Of a stretch of DNA of 64,000 bases, positions 1 through 8,491 are shown piece by piece; the stretch's first letter is position 1, and each line of letters starts with the position of its first letter. This DNA comes from Longimicrobiales bacterium (GTDB lineage: Bacteria; Gemmatimonadota; Gemmatimonadetes; Longimicrobiales; Gaopeijiaceae). A program made the translations under genes and the position numbers. The stretch spans positions 2,752,001 to 2,816,000 of the forward strand of contig CBDFMQ010000002.1 in assembly GCA_965249725.1 (NCBI GenBank). The letters run 5' to 3'. The notes under the pieces are model-generated. The model was given only the letters and a program-made list of their open reading frames with translations. It had not been told where the DNA came from and made no database searches.

Positions 1-1068
1 CGTAATCGCGATCGCACCGCCATTGACGTTGGTCTTCTCGGGATCCAGACCAAGCTCCTTCTCAACGGACTTGTACTGAGGGGCGAAGGCCTCGTTCACC
101 TCGACGAGGTCCATGTCATCGAGGGTCAGACCCGCCTGCTCCAGCGCCATGCGGGCCGCCGGTGCCGGACCGATGCCCATGACGCGGGGCTCCACACCCA
201 CGAAGCCCCAGGACACGATACGTCCGAGCGGCTCGATGCCGTTCTGTTCGGCCCACTCGGCAGACGCCACCACGGCGCTCGCCGATCCGTCTCCGATGCC
301 GCTGGCGTTCCCGGCCGTGACGAGTCCGTCCTTCTTGAAGTATGGGCGCAGCGCTCCAAGAGCCTTGAGCGTGGCATCCGGACGCATATGCTCGTCATAC
401 GCGAACTCGGTGTCGCCCCTCCGTGACTTGATGGTGACCGGCGCGACCTCTGCGTCGAAGTAACCCGCGTCCCAGGCCGCCTTCGCCCGCTGCTGGCTGT
501 TGATTGCGACCTGATCGGTCTCCACACGCGTGACGTCATAGCGCTCGGCCAGTTCCTCGGCGGTCTGGGCCATGGTCAGATCGCAATTAGTGTCCATCAG
601 CGATTCCCAGAGCATGTCCTCCAGTGCACCACCGGCGGGGCCCAGCCGGAGATTGCCCCACCTGGCCCCCCGGAGTACATGGGGGGCCTGGCTCATCGAT
701 TCGGTCCCCCCACAGAGGGTGACGTCGGCTCCTCCGAGGAGGATCTCCTTGGCACCCTGGACGATGGCCTCGAAGCCCGAACCGCACAGCCGATTGACCG
801 TCACGGCCGGCTTTTCTTGAGGCACACGCGACCGGAGTGCAACGTGGCGAGCGAGGTAGATGGCATCCGCCGACGTCTGTAAGGCGTTGCCGAAGAAGGT
901 ATGGTCGATCTGATCGGCCGCGATGCCCGCTGCCTCGATCGCGGCAACACTGGAGACGACGCCCAGATCGGTGGCGGTGAAGTCCTTCAGGCTTCCCCCG
1001 AAGGTCCCGAAGGCGGTCCTCTTTCCCGAAAGGACGACGATATCCTTGGACTGCCCCTGCGTTCCCAT
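1..1068 (-). CDS. Acetyl-CoA C-acyltransferase (thiolase), 3' end outside window
   Basis: Not in the ORF track because it runs off the edge. Manual translation from ATG 1068 gives MGTQGQSKDIVVLSGKRTAFGTFGGSLKD, catalytic TVNRLCGSG and NVNGGAIAI at the window edge. Confidence 0.93.
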   Translation of the reverse strand, partial: MGTQGQSKDIVVLSGKRTAFGTFGGSLKDFTATDLGVVSSVAAIEAAGIAADQIDHTFFGNALQTSADAIYLARHVALRSRVPQEKPAVTVNRLCGSGFEAIVQGAKEILLGGADVTLCGGTESMSQAPHVLRGARWGNLRLGPAGGALEDMLWESLMDTNCDLTMAQTAEELAERYDVTRVETDQVAINSQQRAKAAWDAGYFDAEVAPVTIKSRRGDTEFAYDEHMRPDATLKALGALRPYFKKDGLVTAGNASGIGDGSASAVVASAEWAEQNGIEPLGRIVSWGFVGVEPRVMGIGPAPAARMALEQAGLTLDDMDLVEVNEAFAPQYKSVEKELGLDPEKTNVNGGAIAIT

Positions 1069-1173
1069 CTACCCCTAACAATTCTGCGGATTGTGGTCGG
1101 AAAAACGACGCTCGGAGTCGACGCGCCGTTGGCCTTGGGCTACCCCCGTGGGACGGGAACGGTTCGTGACCGA

Positions 1174-2253
1174 CTACACGAATTCCTCTTCGGGCTCCTC
1201 CTCGAGATACTGCCTGAAGGCCTCCTTCTGATTGGCCTTCATATACGCCTCCTTGGAATCGATGACCCCGGACATCAGATACTCGAGGATATGCTGATCC
1301 AGGAGTTGCATGCCGTCCTTCTTACCTGTCTGAATCATGGACGGGATCTGGTGGATCTTGCCTTCGCGGATCAAAGCCCTGACCGCGTTGGTCCCCACCA
1401 TGATCTCCCGGGCCGCGCAGCGACCCTTGCCGCCCTTCTTGCGCAGCAGGACCTGCGAAATCACACCCTTGATCGACTCGGCGAGCATAGCCCGGATCTG
1501 CTCCTGCTGATCCGCGGGGAAAACGTCGATGATTCGGTCGATCGTCTTGGGGGCTGAGTTCGTATGGAGCGTCCCGAACACCAAGTGACCCGTTTCGGCA
1601 GCGGTGATCCCGAGCTCGATGGTCTCACGGTCTCGCATCTCGCCAACCAGGATCACGTCTGGGTCCTCCCTGAGTGCGGCACGCAATGCGTTCGCGAAGC
1701 TCTTCGTGTTCGTGCCCACCTCTCGCTGGTTGACCAGGCACATCTTGTTGGCGTGCACGAACTCGATCGGATCCTCGATGGTCAGGATATGGTCGGCACG
1801 GGTGTCGTTGATGAGGTCCACCATGCCCGCCAGCGTGGTGCTCTTTCCCGAGCCGGTGGGACCGGTGACGAGCACCAGACCCTTCGTGAGCATGCACATT
1901 CTCCTGATCGGTTCGCTGAGACCCAACTGATCCGCCGTGAGAATATCCGTCGGAATCGTGCGCATGACCGCTCCGAGTCCGTTCTTCTGATGGAAGATGT
2001 TGACCCTGAAGCGCGAGACCCCTGGAATCTCGTAGGCGAAGTCGAAGTCCATCTCGTCGAGGAACCGCATCCGCCATTCCTCTTCCATGATCTCGAAGAT
2101 GAGCTTCTCCGTGTCCTTGGCCGTCAGTTCACGAAACTTGATCCGCTGCATGTGGCCGTGGACGCGGATGACGGGTACGGAGCCGGTGGTGAGATGGAGA
2201 TCCGACCCTCCCTGTTCCACCATCACCTTGAGAAACTGGTCAATCTGGGCCAT
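1174..2253 (-). CDS. pilT: Type IV pilus retraction ATPase PilT
   Basis: GSDLHL, Walker A GPTGSGKST, TIEDPIE, LREDPDVILVGEMRD, His box GHLVFGTLHT, AIRNLIRE-like AVRALIRE. Confidence 0.95.
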   Translation of the reverse strand: MAQIDQFLKVMVEQGGSDLHLTTGSVPVIRVHGHMQRIKFRELTAKDTEKLIFEIMEEEWRMRFLDEMDFDFAYEIPGVSRFRVNIFHQKNGLGAVMRTIPTDILTADQLGLSEPIRRMCMLTKGLVLVTGPTGSGKSTTLAGMVDLINDTRADHILTIEDPIEFVHANKMCLVNQREVGTNTKSFANALRAALREDPDVILVGEMRDRETIELGITAAETGHLVFGTLHTNSAPKTIDRIIDVFPADQQEQIRAMLAESIKGVISQVLLRKKGGKGRCAAREIMVGTNAVRALIREGKIHQIPSMIQTGKKDGMQLLDQHILEYLMSGVIDSKEAYMKANQKEAFRQYLEEEPEEEFV

Positions 2254-2302
2254 CAGGTGTCCTTGTCGGTCGTAATCTCAGTGATTGTTTGCATGCCCCT
2301 GG

Positions 2303-3565
2303 TCAACCGTGCAACGGTTCGAGAGTCCACTCGAGCCGGTCCCCCTCTTGAGCCTCGATCTTCAGCTCCCATCGGATTCCCGCCTCGTGGGCCACACGCG
2401 TTTCCACCTCTCCAGTCCAGCGCACAAAGGCGATGGCGGCGATGTCGAGCGCCGATTGCAGCCACTTCTCCGGGTTCCCCGGCAGATCTACCGTGACCAC
2501 GTCGAAGTGGAAGCCTCGAATGGAGTCCAATTCGGCCGCCCAATCGTCTTCACTCATCGGGAGCTCGACCGAAAACGCATGGTTCGCCGCTCGGCTTTCC
2601 GGGTCGGTCAGGTAGATACTCCTCCACGAAGGATCGAGCATGAGCGTGGGCAAATGGGGGAGAATGTCGTGACCGAGCTCGACCGGATCCGAAATCACCA
2701 GGAATCGAGCCGACCCCGACCGCGCCAGTAGCCGAATCTCAGACAGGATGCCCGCCGGCGGCGGAGGATACTTCGCCTGCAGTTGGGCATAGGCCTCCAC
2801 AGGCCGGAAGAGGTACTCAGCCCCGCTCTCGTCGGCGAGATACTGGACCTCGATCGGAGTGATCATGCCGTCGCGGTTCACGTGCCCGCTCCAGCTCGCC
2901 CTCAGAGCATCGCCGATCTCGTCATTCGGTGAGGGGGAGACGAGCTCCTGCAGCTCGGAGTTCCAGAGGCCCTCGAGCGGTCTTCTCCGGATCCGACCGC
3001 CGTCGTCGTACCATGCCCAGGCCCGGTGACCGCGGGTGGATATGCCGAACCGTTTCGAGGTCGCGTCCAGCGCCATGGAGAACACCTCGGACATGCTGGC
3101 GGGCGCGGGCCGCTCCCCCTCTTCCTGTGCGGCGGCGCGGGCATACACCTGGCGAATCAGCTCCCGAATCTTGGTCGAAGAGGCCAGAGCCAGCTCGATA
3201 TTCAGATCCGTTCGCGCCTGGAGAACGTCCACCGCCTCAGTCTTGATGGGCGAGTCCACAATGACGGTGAGCACCTTCTCCGTCTTCATGATGGGCAACG
3301 TGAGGTGGGCCAGCGCCCACTCGGGCGACACCAGAGCCGCGGCCTCCGGATCGATGCTGTCGGCATCGGGAAAGACGTAGGGGAGGTCAAACTGGGAGGC
3401 GAGTCCCCACTCGAGCTCTTCCGGCGTGACGAGTTCCAGAGCGAGGAGCGACTCGCCGAAGAACCCCCCGGATTCCTGTTGGTGTGCCAGCGCCCTCGCC
3501 ACATCCTCTTCAGTGATGCGGCCGAAGCTCATGAGGATCTGACCGATGGTACGTCGTTCAGCCAT
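2303..3565 (-). CDS. MshEN/GspE-N domain protein with degenerate PilB-like ATPase domain
   Basis: Tandem MshEN-like half-sites at the N-terminus (TIGQILMSFGRI..ALAHQ; FFGESLL..GLASQ). C-terminal remnants RFLVISDP, SIYLTDPE and FHFDVVTVD are collinear with PilB motifs, but there is no GxxGxGKT. Confidence 0.75.
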   Translation of the reverse strand: MAERRTIGQILMSFGRITEEDVARALAHQQESGGFFGESLLALELVTPEELEWGLASQFDLPYVFPDADSIDPEAAALVSPEWALAHLTLPIMKTEKVLTVIVDSPIKTEAVDVLQARTDLNIELALASSTKIRELIRQVYARAAAQEEGERPAPASMSEVFSMALDATSKRFGISTRGHRAWAWYDDGGRIRRRPLEGLWNSELQELVSPSPNDEIGDALRASWSGHVNRDGMITPIEVQYLADESGAEYLFRPVEAYAQLQAKYPPPPAGILSEIRLLARSGSARFLVISDPVELGHDILPHLPTLMLDPSWRSIYLTDPESRAANHAFSVELPMSEDDWAAELDSIRGFHFDVVTVDLPGNPEKWLQSALDIAAIAFVRWTGEVETRVAHEAGIRWELKIEAQEGDRLEWTLEPLHG

Positions 3566-3571
3566 CTTGGG

Positions 3572-4648
3572 TCATCCGTTGCTGTGAGATGTTGAGGGCC
3601 CGCCCGAAGACAGGGTATCACAGATCCACCGACCTACGTCCGACGTGGAACTGCTCCCTCCCAGATCGGGCGTCATCACGCCTCCGCTGAAGGCCCCCCG
3701 AACCGCGGCCTCCACAGCCGCCGACTCCTCGTCCCAACCGAAGTGGGCAAGGAGCAGAGCGACGCATCGGATCGCGCCCATGGGGTTTGCGATGCCTTCC
3801 CCCGCTATGTCAGGTGCAGAACCATGGACCGGCTCGAAAAGAGCGTGGCGCCCCGGGTGCACGTTGGCGGAAGGGGCAAGCCCCAGACCGCCCGTGATCT
3901 CCGCGGCCAGATCGCTGAGAATGTCCCCGAACAGATTGGAGGTCACGATCACCGAATACTGGTCTGGCCTACGCACGAGATCCATGGCCATTGCGTCCAC
4001 ATACATACTGTCTTGGCGGACGCCAAGATAGTCCTCCCCCACCTCCGCGAAGGTCCGACGCCATAGCGAGCCCGCCTTGGGCATCGCATTGGCCTTGTCC
4101 ACCATGGTCACGTGATCGCGTCCGTTCGCCTCCGCGTGCTCGAAAGCCGCGCGGATGATGCGCTCGACCCCGGATCTCGTGTTCAGGTCTTCCTGGATCG
4201 CCACCTCGTCAGGCGTGCCCTCGTCGGTGACCTGGCCGTGGTTCACATATAGACCCTCGGTGTTTTCCCGGAAGATCTCCAGATGAATGGGACCCGCATC
4301 CTTAAGGGGGCACAGCGACGGGTGCAGAGGCACGCACGGCCGGAAATTCACGTAGAGGTCCAGGCGAAAGCGCATACCCAGGAGGATGTCCCTGGCATGG
4401 GCGTTGTCCGGGACTCTCGGATCCCCCAGGGCGCCGAGGAAGACGGCGTCGTAGTCCTCGGAGAGCGCACGGAACTCCTCATCCGTGATCGTCACTCCGT
4501 CGCGGAGGTACCGCTCGGCCCCGAGGTCCTGTTCAACCAACTCGAGGTCCAGGGTCGCGACGTCTCGGAGACACTCCAACACCCGAGTCGCCTCACGTGT
4601 GACTTCGGTCCCGATCCCGTCTCCGGGAATGATCGCGATTCGAGGCAT
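3572..4648 (-). CDS. Isocitrate/isopropylmalate dehydrogenase family (LeuB-like beta-decarboxylating dehydrogenase)
   Basis: IPGDGIG, RENTEGLY, VDKAN, NLFGDILSD, FEPVHGSAPDIAG. No other leu genes nearby, so the substrate is uncertain. Confidence 0.9.
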   Translation of the reverse strand: MPRIAIIPGDGIGTEVTREATRVLECLRDVATLDLELVEQDLGAERYLRDGVTITDEEFRALSEDYDAVFLGALGDPRVPDNAHARDILLGMRFRLDLYVNFRPCVPLHPSLCPLKDAGPIHLEIFRENTEGLYVNHGQVTDEGTPDEVAIQEDLNTRSGVERIIRAAFEHAEANGRDHVTMVDKANAMPKAGSLWRRTFAEVGEDYLGVRQDSMYVDAMAMDLVRRPDQYSVIVTSNLFGDILSDLAAEITGGLGLAPSANVHPGRHALFEPVHGSAPDIAGEGIANPMGAIRCVALLLAHFGWDEESAAVEAAVRGAFSGGVMTPDLGGSSSTSDVGRWICDTLSSGGPSTSHSNG

Positions 4649-4698
4649 CGCCTAGAAACCGTGTCTTCGAGCGGCCACTACAATTGGATACGGGGCCA

Positions 4699-5154
4699 CT
4701 ACCGCTCCGCGGACTCCCTCCCGACGGTGACACTCCCGTAGACCGGCTCTCCGTGACTCCTGCTCGTGAAGACGTACCGGCCTTCAGGGGCCTCGCGGAA
4801 ATCTACGAAGAAGCGGGTGCCTCGTTCGAGGAGCGGTGGGCTATGCACCTGACCCGTCGCAAGCAGATACTCGCGACCTCGGTCAGATAGGGAGTCGGCA
4901 ACGAACGAGAGCGTATGCACCCTACGGTCGAGCGTGATGAACTCGACCCACTCTCCGGTCCCGATCTCGATAGCGAGGGGCAGCACATGCTCCTGATCCC
5001 GACCACCGCCCAAGTGGATCACCCGGGACGTCTCCCCGGGAGGGAGGACGGCGCGCCGGCTCTCCACAGCCTCTCCAGATGTCGTCTCGGCCTCTACACC
5101 ACATCCGACCATTACAACGAGGGCCAATACCGAGAGAGCCTGGAGCCTACTCAC
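4699..5154 (-). CDS. Cupredoxin-like lipoprotein lacking the type-1 Cu Cys/Met ligands
   Basis: Lipobox VMVGC. Plastocyanin-like pattern P..IEI..GEWVEF, VHTLSF, PEGRYVFTSRSHG..VYGSVTV. Confidence 0.6.
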   Translation of the reverse strand: MSRLQALSVLALVVMVGCGVEAETTSGEAVESRRAVLPPGETSRVIHLGGGRDQEHVLPLAIEIGTGEWVEFITLDRRVHTLSFVADSLSDRGREYLLATGQVHSPPLLERGTRFFVDFREAPEGRYVFTSRSHGEPVYGSVTVGRESAER

Positions 5155-6028
5155 TTACGCCGGTCCCGCAGGAGATGCAGAACTGCCAACCGGTCTCGAG
5201 CTCCTCTCCGCACGTGGGGCACGGAGTGAGTCTGAGATCGCTGCCGCAGAAGGGACAGAAATTGAGAAGCTCACGGCTGGGTAGACTCTGACGACACCAG
5301 TGGCAGGCCGACGGACCATCCTCGTCCGACACCTCAGTTGGTGTCTCCCCTTGCTCCTCGATCTCGTCCGACGGAGCCTGCTCCTCGGACTGGAAGAGAT
5401 CCCTTCCCTGTCCGTAATCACGGTCCTGGACCGACTCCTCATCGTAGCCGGACTCAGCCTCCGCGACTTGCGCGTCCAAAACAGGAGAGTCGGTGGCGGC
5501 GGCGGGATCCCCCGCGCCGGGATCGTCTCCTTCCGAGTCCAGGTCGTCTGCCTCCGTGCCCGGCATCGGCACCAAGAAACCGACATCCGCCAGTTCGATG
5601 TGTCCGACTACGCCATCGCTAACGGCGTCGGGTCTCAGCTCGGCTATGTCGACGGTCTCACGTTCCATCACCTCACCCGCCGAAGCCAGGATCCGATCCG
5701 GATTCAAACGGACGTCGGCAGCCGCGAAGTCACGGAAGAGACCCGTGTTCGGAGCCGCATTCTCCAACTCCTGTCGGATCTCGCGGCGCGCCACTTCGGA
5801 ATCGAGAAGCAGATAATCACCCTCACCGGCAAGGAGCCTCAAGAGGATGTCCTCGTAGTCCCCGTTCATCTCGACCCCGATGAGATCACGATGGGACCGG
5901 TAGGGCACCAGGTTCTGATAGATCTCCGCTACGGTAAACGGCTTGGTCAGGTACTCGGGCCGGGACTCCGAGATCTCCTGGAGCAGGACCTGGTGGAAGC
6001 GGTCCAGAGTTTCGCTAGATGGAGGCAT
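5147..6028 (-). CDS. Double zinc-ribbon protein with acidic linker
   Basis: C-terminal CHWC, CPFC, CPTC and CISC, preceded by a D/E-rich central region and a globular N-terminal domain. Confidence 0.8.
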   Translation of the reverse strand: MPPSSETLDRFHQVLLQEISESRPEYLTKPFTVAEIYQNLVPYRSHRDLIGVEMNGDYEDILLRLLAGEGDYLLLDSEVARREIRQELENAAPNTGLFRDFAAADVRLNPDRILASAGEVMERETVDIAELRPDAVSDGVVGHIELADVGFLVPMPGTEADDLDSEGDDPGAGDPAAATDSPVLDAQVAEAESGYDEESVQDRDYGQGRDLFQSEEQAPSDEIEEQGETPTEVSDEDGPSACHWCRQSLPSRELLNFCPFCGSDLRLTPCPTCGEELETGWQFCISCGTGVSE

Positions 6029-6050
6029 GGGGCTCAGTCCGCGAGGGGAT

Positions 6051-7148
6051 TCAGTCTTCGAGATACACCAAAGAAGCCTTGATGGCCGCCTCTAGGAAAC
6101 TCTCCGGATCCATGAACGGAATCTCTACACCGCGCTGCTCGTGCCAGCGCTCTGCCAACCTTCTCATATAATGTGACAGGGTCTCGTGGGAGAAGCCTGC
6201 ATGATCTCGCATCTGTCGTACGATTTCATGCCAGGTTCCCCGAAAGAGATGCCCGTCGGCTAGGCGGATCTGGTGTAGCTCGGCGTCCGCACCACGCTCC
6301 CCTCGCTCGAAGAGTTCCAGCTGGCTGGGGTCAGGCAGGGGTCCTTGGACTCCATTGACCTGGGCTTCGACCTCAGCCAACAGCCGGTCGATCGGGTCGT
6401 GGAGTGCCTCGAGCCCTGCCAGCCTCTCCTGCCAGGGTTCCAGGCGCTTGTCGCCCTCGTCCATGTGCCAAAGGGCTCGTTTCAGCTCGATGAGGCGCCA
6501 CACCGCAAGCGAATCCCAATGATCGAGGGGAGGAACACGCTCGAACTCCCGGAGCGCCCCATCCCAATCGCCGCGGTCGTAGAGCAGGTGGCCGAGATAT
6601 ACCCGTGCCTCATGAAGATCCGGGTCCAGCCGGAGGGCCCGCCTGATCTGTCGACCCCCTCCGACTTCATCGCCCAGCCGGTGGAGCGAATAACCAAGCG
6701 AGGCCGCCGCCTCAGCGTTGTCCGGCCGGGCCGCCGCGGCTTTGGCGAAGACGTCTCGGCTCTCTGCGTATAGGCTCTCCCGGTACAGCGCGCGACCCAT
6801 GGTGAGCATGAGCTCCACATCGTCCTCGAAGCCCATCCCCGCGACCCGCTCGAACAGGCCGAGCGCCGCCTCCCGCTCGCCGAACCGAAGTAGAGTCTCG
6901 CCGAGGCCGACCAACCCGTCCTCGTGTCCCTGGTCGAGTACGAGGGCGCGCTCGAACGCCTGCCTCGCCCACGCGTACTCCTCTCTTGCCAGGCGGGCGT
7001 AGCCCATTCCCACACACAACTCTACGGCATTAGGGTATAGCGAAAGGCCCTCTTTGAGCATCTCGAGGGCCCCTTCATAGTCACCGTCGTTGTAGAGCTG
7101 GTGCGCCTGTTCGTCGTATTCCTCGGAGCTGAGGAATCGCTCTGGCAT
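6051..7148 (-). CDS. Tetratricopeptide repeat protein with unknown C-terminal domain
   Basis: Multiple TPR-like helical repeats (FERALVLD, RRALRLDPD). An AAGGAG RBS lies upstream. Confidence 0.85.
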   Translation of the reverse strand: MPERFLSSEEYDEQAHQLYNDGDYEGALEMLKEGLSLYPNAVELCVGMGYARLAREEYAWARQAFERALVLDQGHEDGLVGLGETLLRFGEREAALGLFERVAGMGFEDDVELMLTMGRALYRESLYAESRDVFAKAAAARPDNAEAAASLGYSLHRLGDEVGGGRQIRRALRLDPDLHEARVYLGHLLYDRGDWDGALREFERVPPLDHWDSLAVWRLIELKRALWHMDEGDKRLEPWQERLAGLEALHDPIDRLLAEVEAQVNGVQGPLPDPSQLELFERGERGADAELHQIRLADGHLFRGTWHEIVRQMRDHAGFSHETLSHYMRRLAERWHEQRGVEIPFMDPESFLEAAIKASLVYLED

Positions 7149-7282
7149 CGCGATATGGCTCCTTCGGGTAGAAGTTGAGGCGTCTGTCCCGAACTTAATG
7201 AACGCCGATCCCGATCACCACCCTGTCTTTTCCCCGCCGGGAGACCCCACCCATCGGTGGGCTCATCGGAGGGCTCAGGCGC

Positions 7283-7654
7283 TCAGGCCTTGGCGAATCG
7301 CACCCCGCACAGAGGGCACAAATAGTCGTTCTTCACACGAATCAGCAGTTGGTCCACGTGCCGCGGGCACTTAGGCTCCCGGCCCTCCGCAATCATCTCC
7401 CTGACCTTGGTCCGTTCGGTGCGCGTCGCCTTGTTGACATTCAGGCGATACCGAAGAGAGGAAGTGTTGCACTCGAGGAGTATGGAGCCCGACCCGTCGT
7501 CCTCCGGCTGCACTCGTAGCACCATGAGAAAGCCGCCCGCCGGAGACGGCAGACGATTGCCCTCGTAGTAAAGACCCAGGAGGTCCTTCTCGTCGGAGAG
7601 CGGAAAGGGCGTATCGCCTTCCACCACGGCGCTGTCCGGTTTTGTCTTGCTCAT
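7283..7654 (-). CDS. Hypothetical protein with C-terminal Zn finger (CPRH...CPLC)
   Basis: ORF 7283..7774 trimmed to ATG 7654 (MSKTKPD). Coding-like composition. Confidence 0.7.
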   Translation of the reverse strand: MSKTKPDSAVVEGDTPFPLSDEKDLLGLYYEGNRLPSPAGGFLMVLRVQPEDDGSGSILLECNTSSLRYRLNVNKATRTERTKVREMIAEGREPKCPRHVDQLLIRVKNDYLCPLCGVRFAKA

Positions 7655-7867
7655 GAGGCCTCGCGGGGTCTGCAGAGCCCGCGGTTTCGTGTTCTCGGAG
7701 AATAGAAGTAAGCGCCGTCGGAGGGCTGTTGGGATGGTCCGACCGGCCCGTCCACACCCACCTTCCGCAGCCAAAGGCCCGGCAAGATATCACGCGCAGG
7801 GCGAGTCCGCAAAACACCAGGTGCGCGCGTACTACCCGCTGGTCGGCGTAGGGCCTTTGCACTAGAC

Positions 7868-7906
7868 AAACAAAGAAAAAACGACGGGAAACCGGGTTTC
7901 CCGCCG
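7868..7906 (-). terminator. Rho-independent terminator
   Basis: On the minus strand, stem CGGCGGGAAAC/GTTTCCCGTCG is followed by TTTTTTCTTTGTTT. Confidence 0.75.
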
Positions 7907-7941
7907 CTCGCTAACAGCGCAGCTCGATCGCTTCCGAGCGT

Positions 7942-8334
7942 TCAGGCCGCGTTTGCGTCGTCCCCTTCTTCCGGGGTATTCTCGGCTTCATCCGTTGCGG
8001 AGTCCGCAGCAGCGGTCGGCTCGTCGAGCGATTCACCATCTTCGACGGACTCTACGCCGGGCACGACTTCCACCTCAGTCCCATCAAGGGGAGGATCCGC
8101 AACAGCAGTCTGGGTGGGGACGTTGTTAATGGCAGGCTGGCAGAACCGTATCCCTACAGAGTGCAGCTCGGTAAGATCGGGCTTCGCCAACTCGGGGTAA
8201 CGTTCGCCCAGATAGTCGATCGTCTCGTCCATCCAAACGGTCTTGTCCTCATCCGTCGCGTTGAGCACACCACATCGGTTGATATGGCTGAACAACTCGT
8301 CCCGAGCCTTCGCGAAGAGCTTTTCGTTGGGCAC
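7942..8334 (-). CDS. Hypothetical protein with acidic C-terminal tail
   Basis: GTG start with GGAGG RBS, a compact N-terminal domain, and a terminator downstream. Confidence 0.75.
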   Translation of the reverse strand: MPNEKLFAKARDELFSHINRCGVLNATDEDKTVWMDETIDYLGERYPELAKPDLTELHSVGIRFCQPAINNVPTQTAVADPPLDGTEVEVVPGVESVEDGESLDEPTAAADSATDEAENTPEEGDDANAA

Positions 8335-8491
8335 TTACACCTCCGTTATACGTCAGGAACGGCAGTCGGATGCCCGTTCCGAGAATGCTACGTACTGTCT
8401 CAGCCGTTTAACCTAACGCAAGCCCTATGGTCGGCCAACTAGCGGTTTACGCGCTTCGGAAGGCGCGATTCCCACACCCACGGCAGGCACC

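Noticed and set aside
7790..7830. c-di-GMP-I riboswitch
   Set aside because: Superficial similarity only. No GGCAAA/GAAA tetraloop/GACGCAAA core, and on the wrong strand for the downstream gene.
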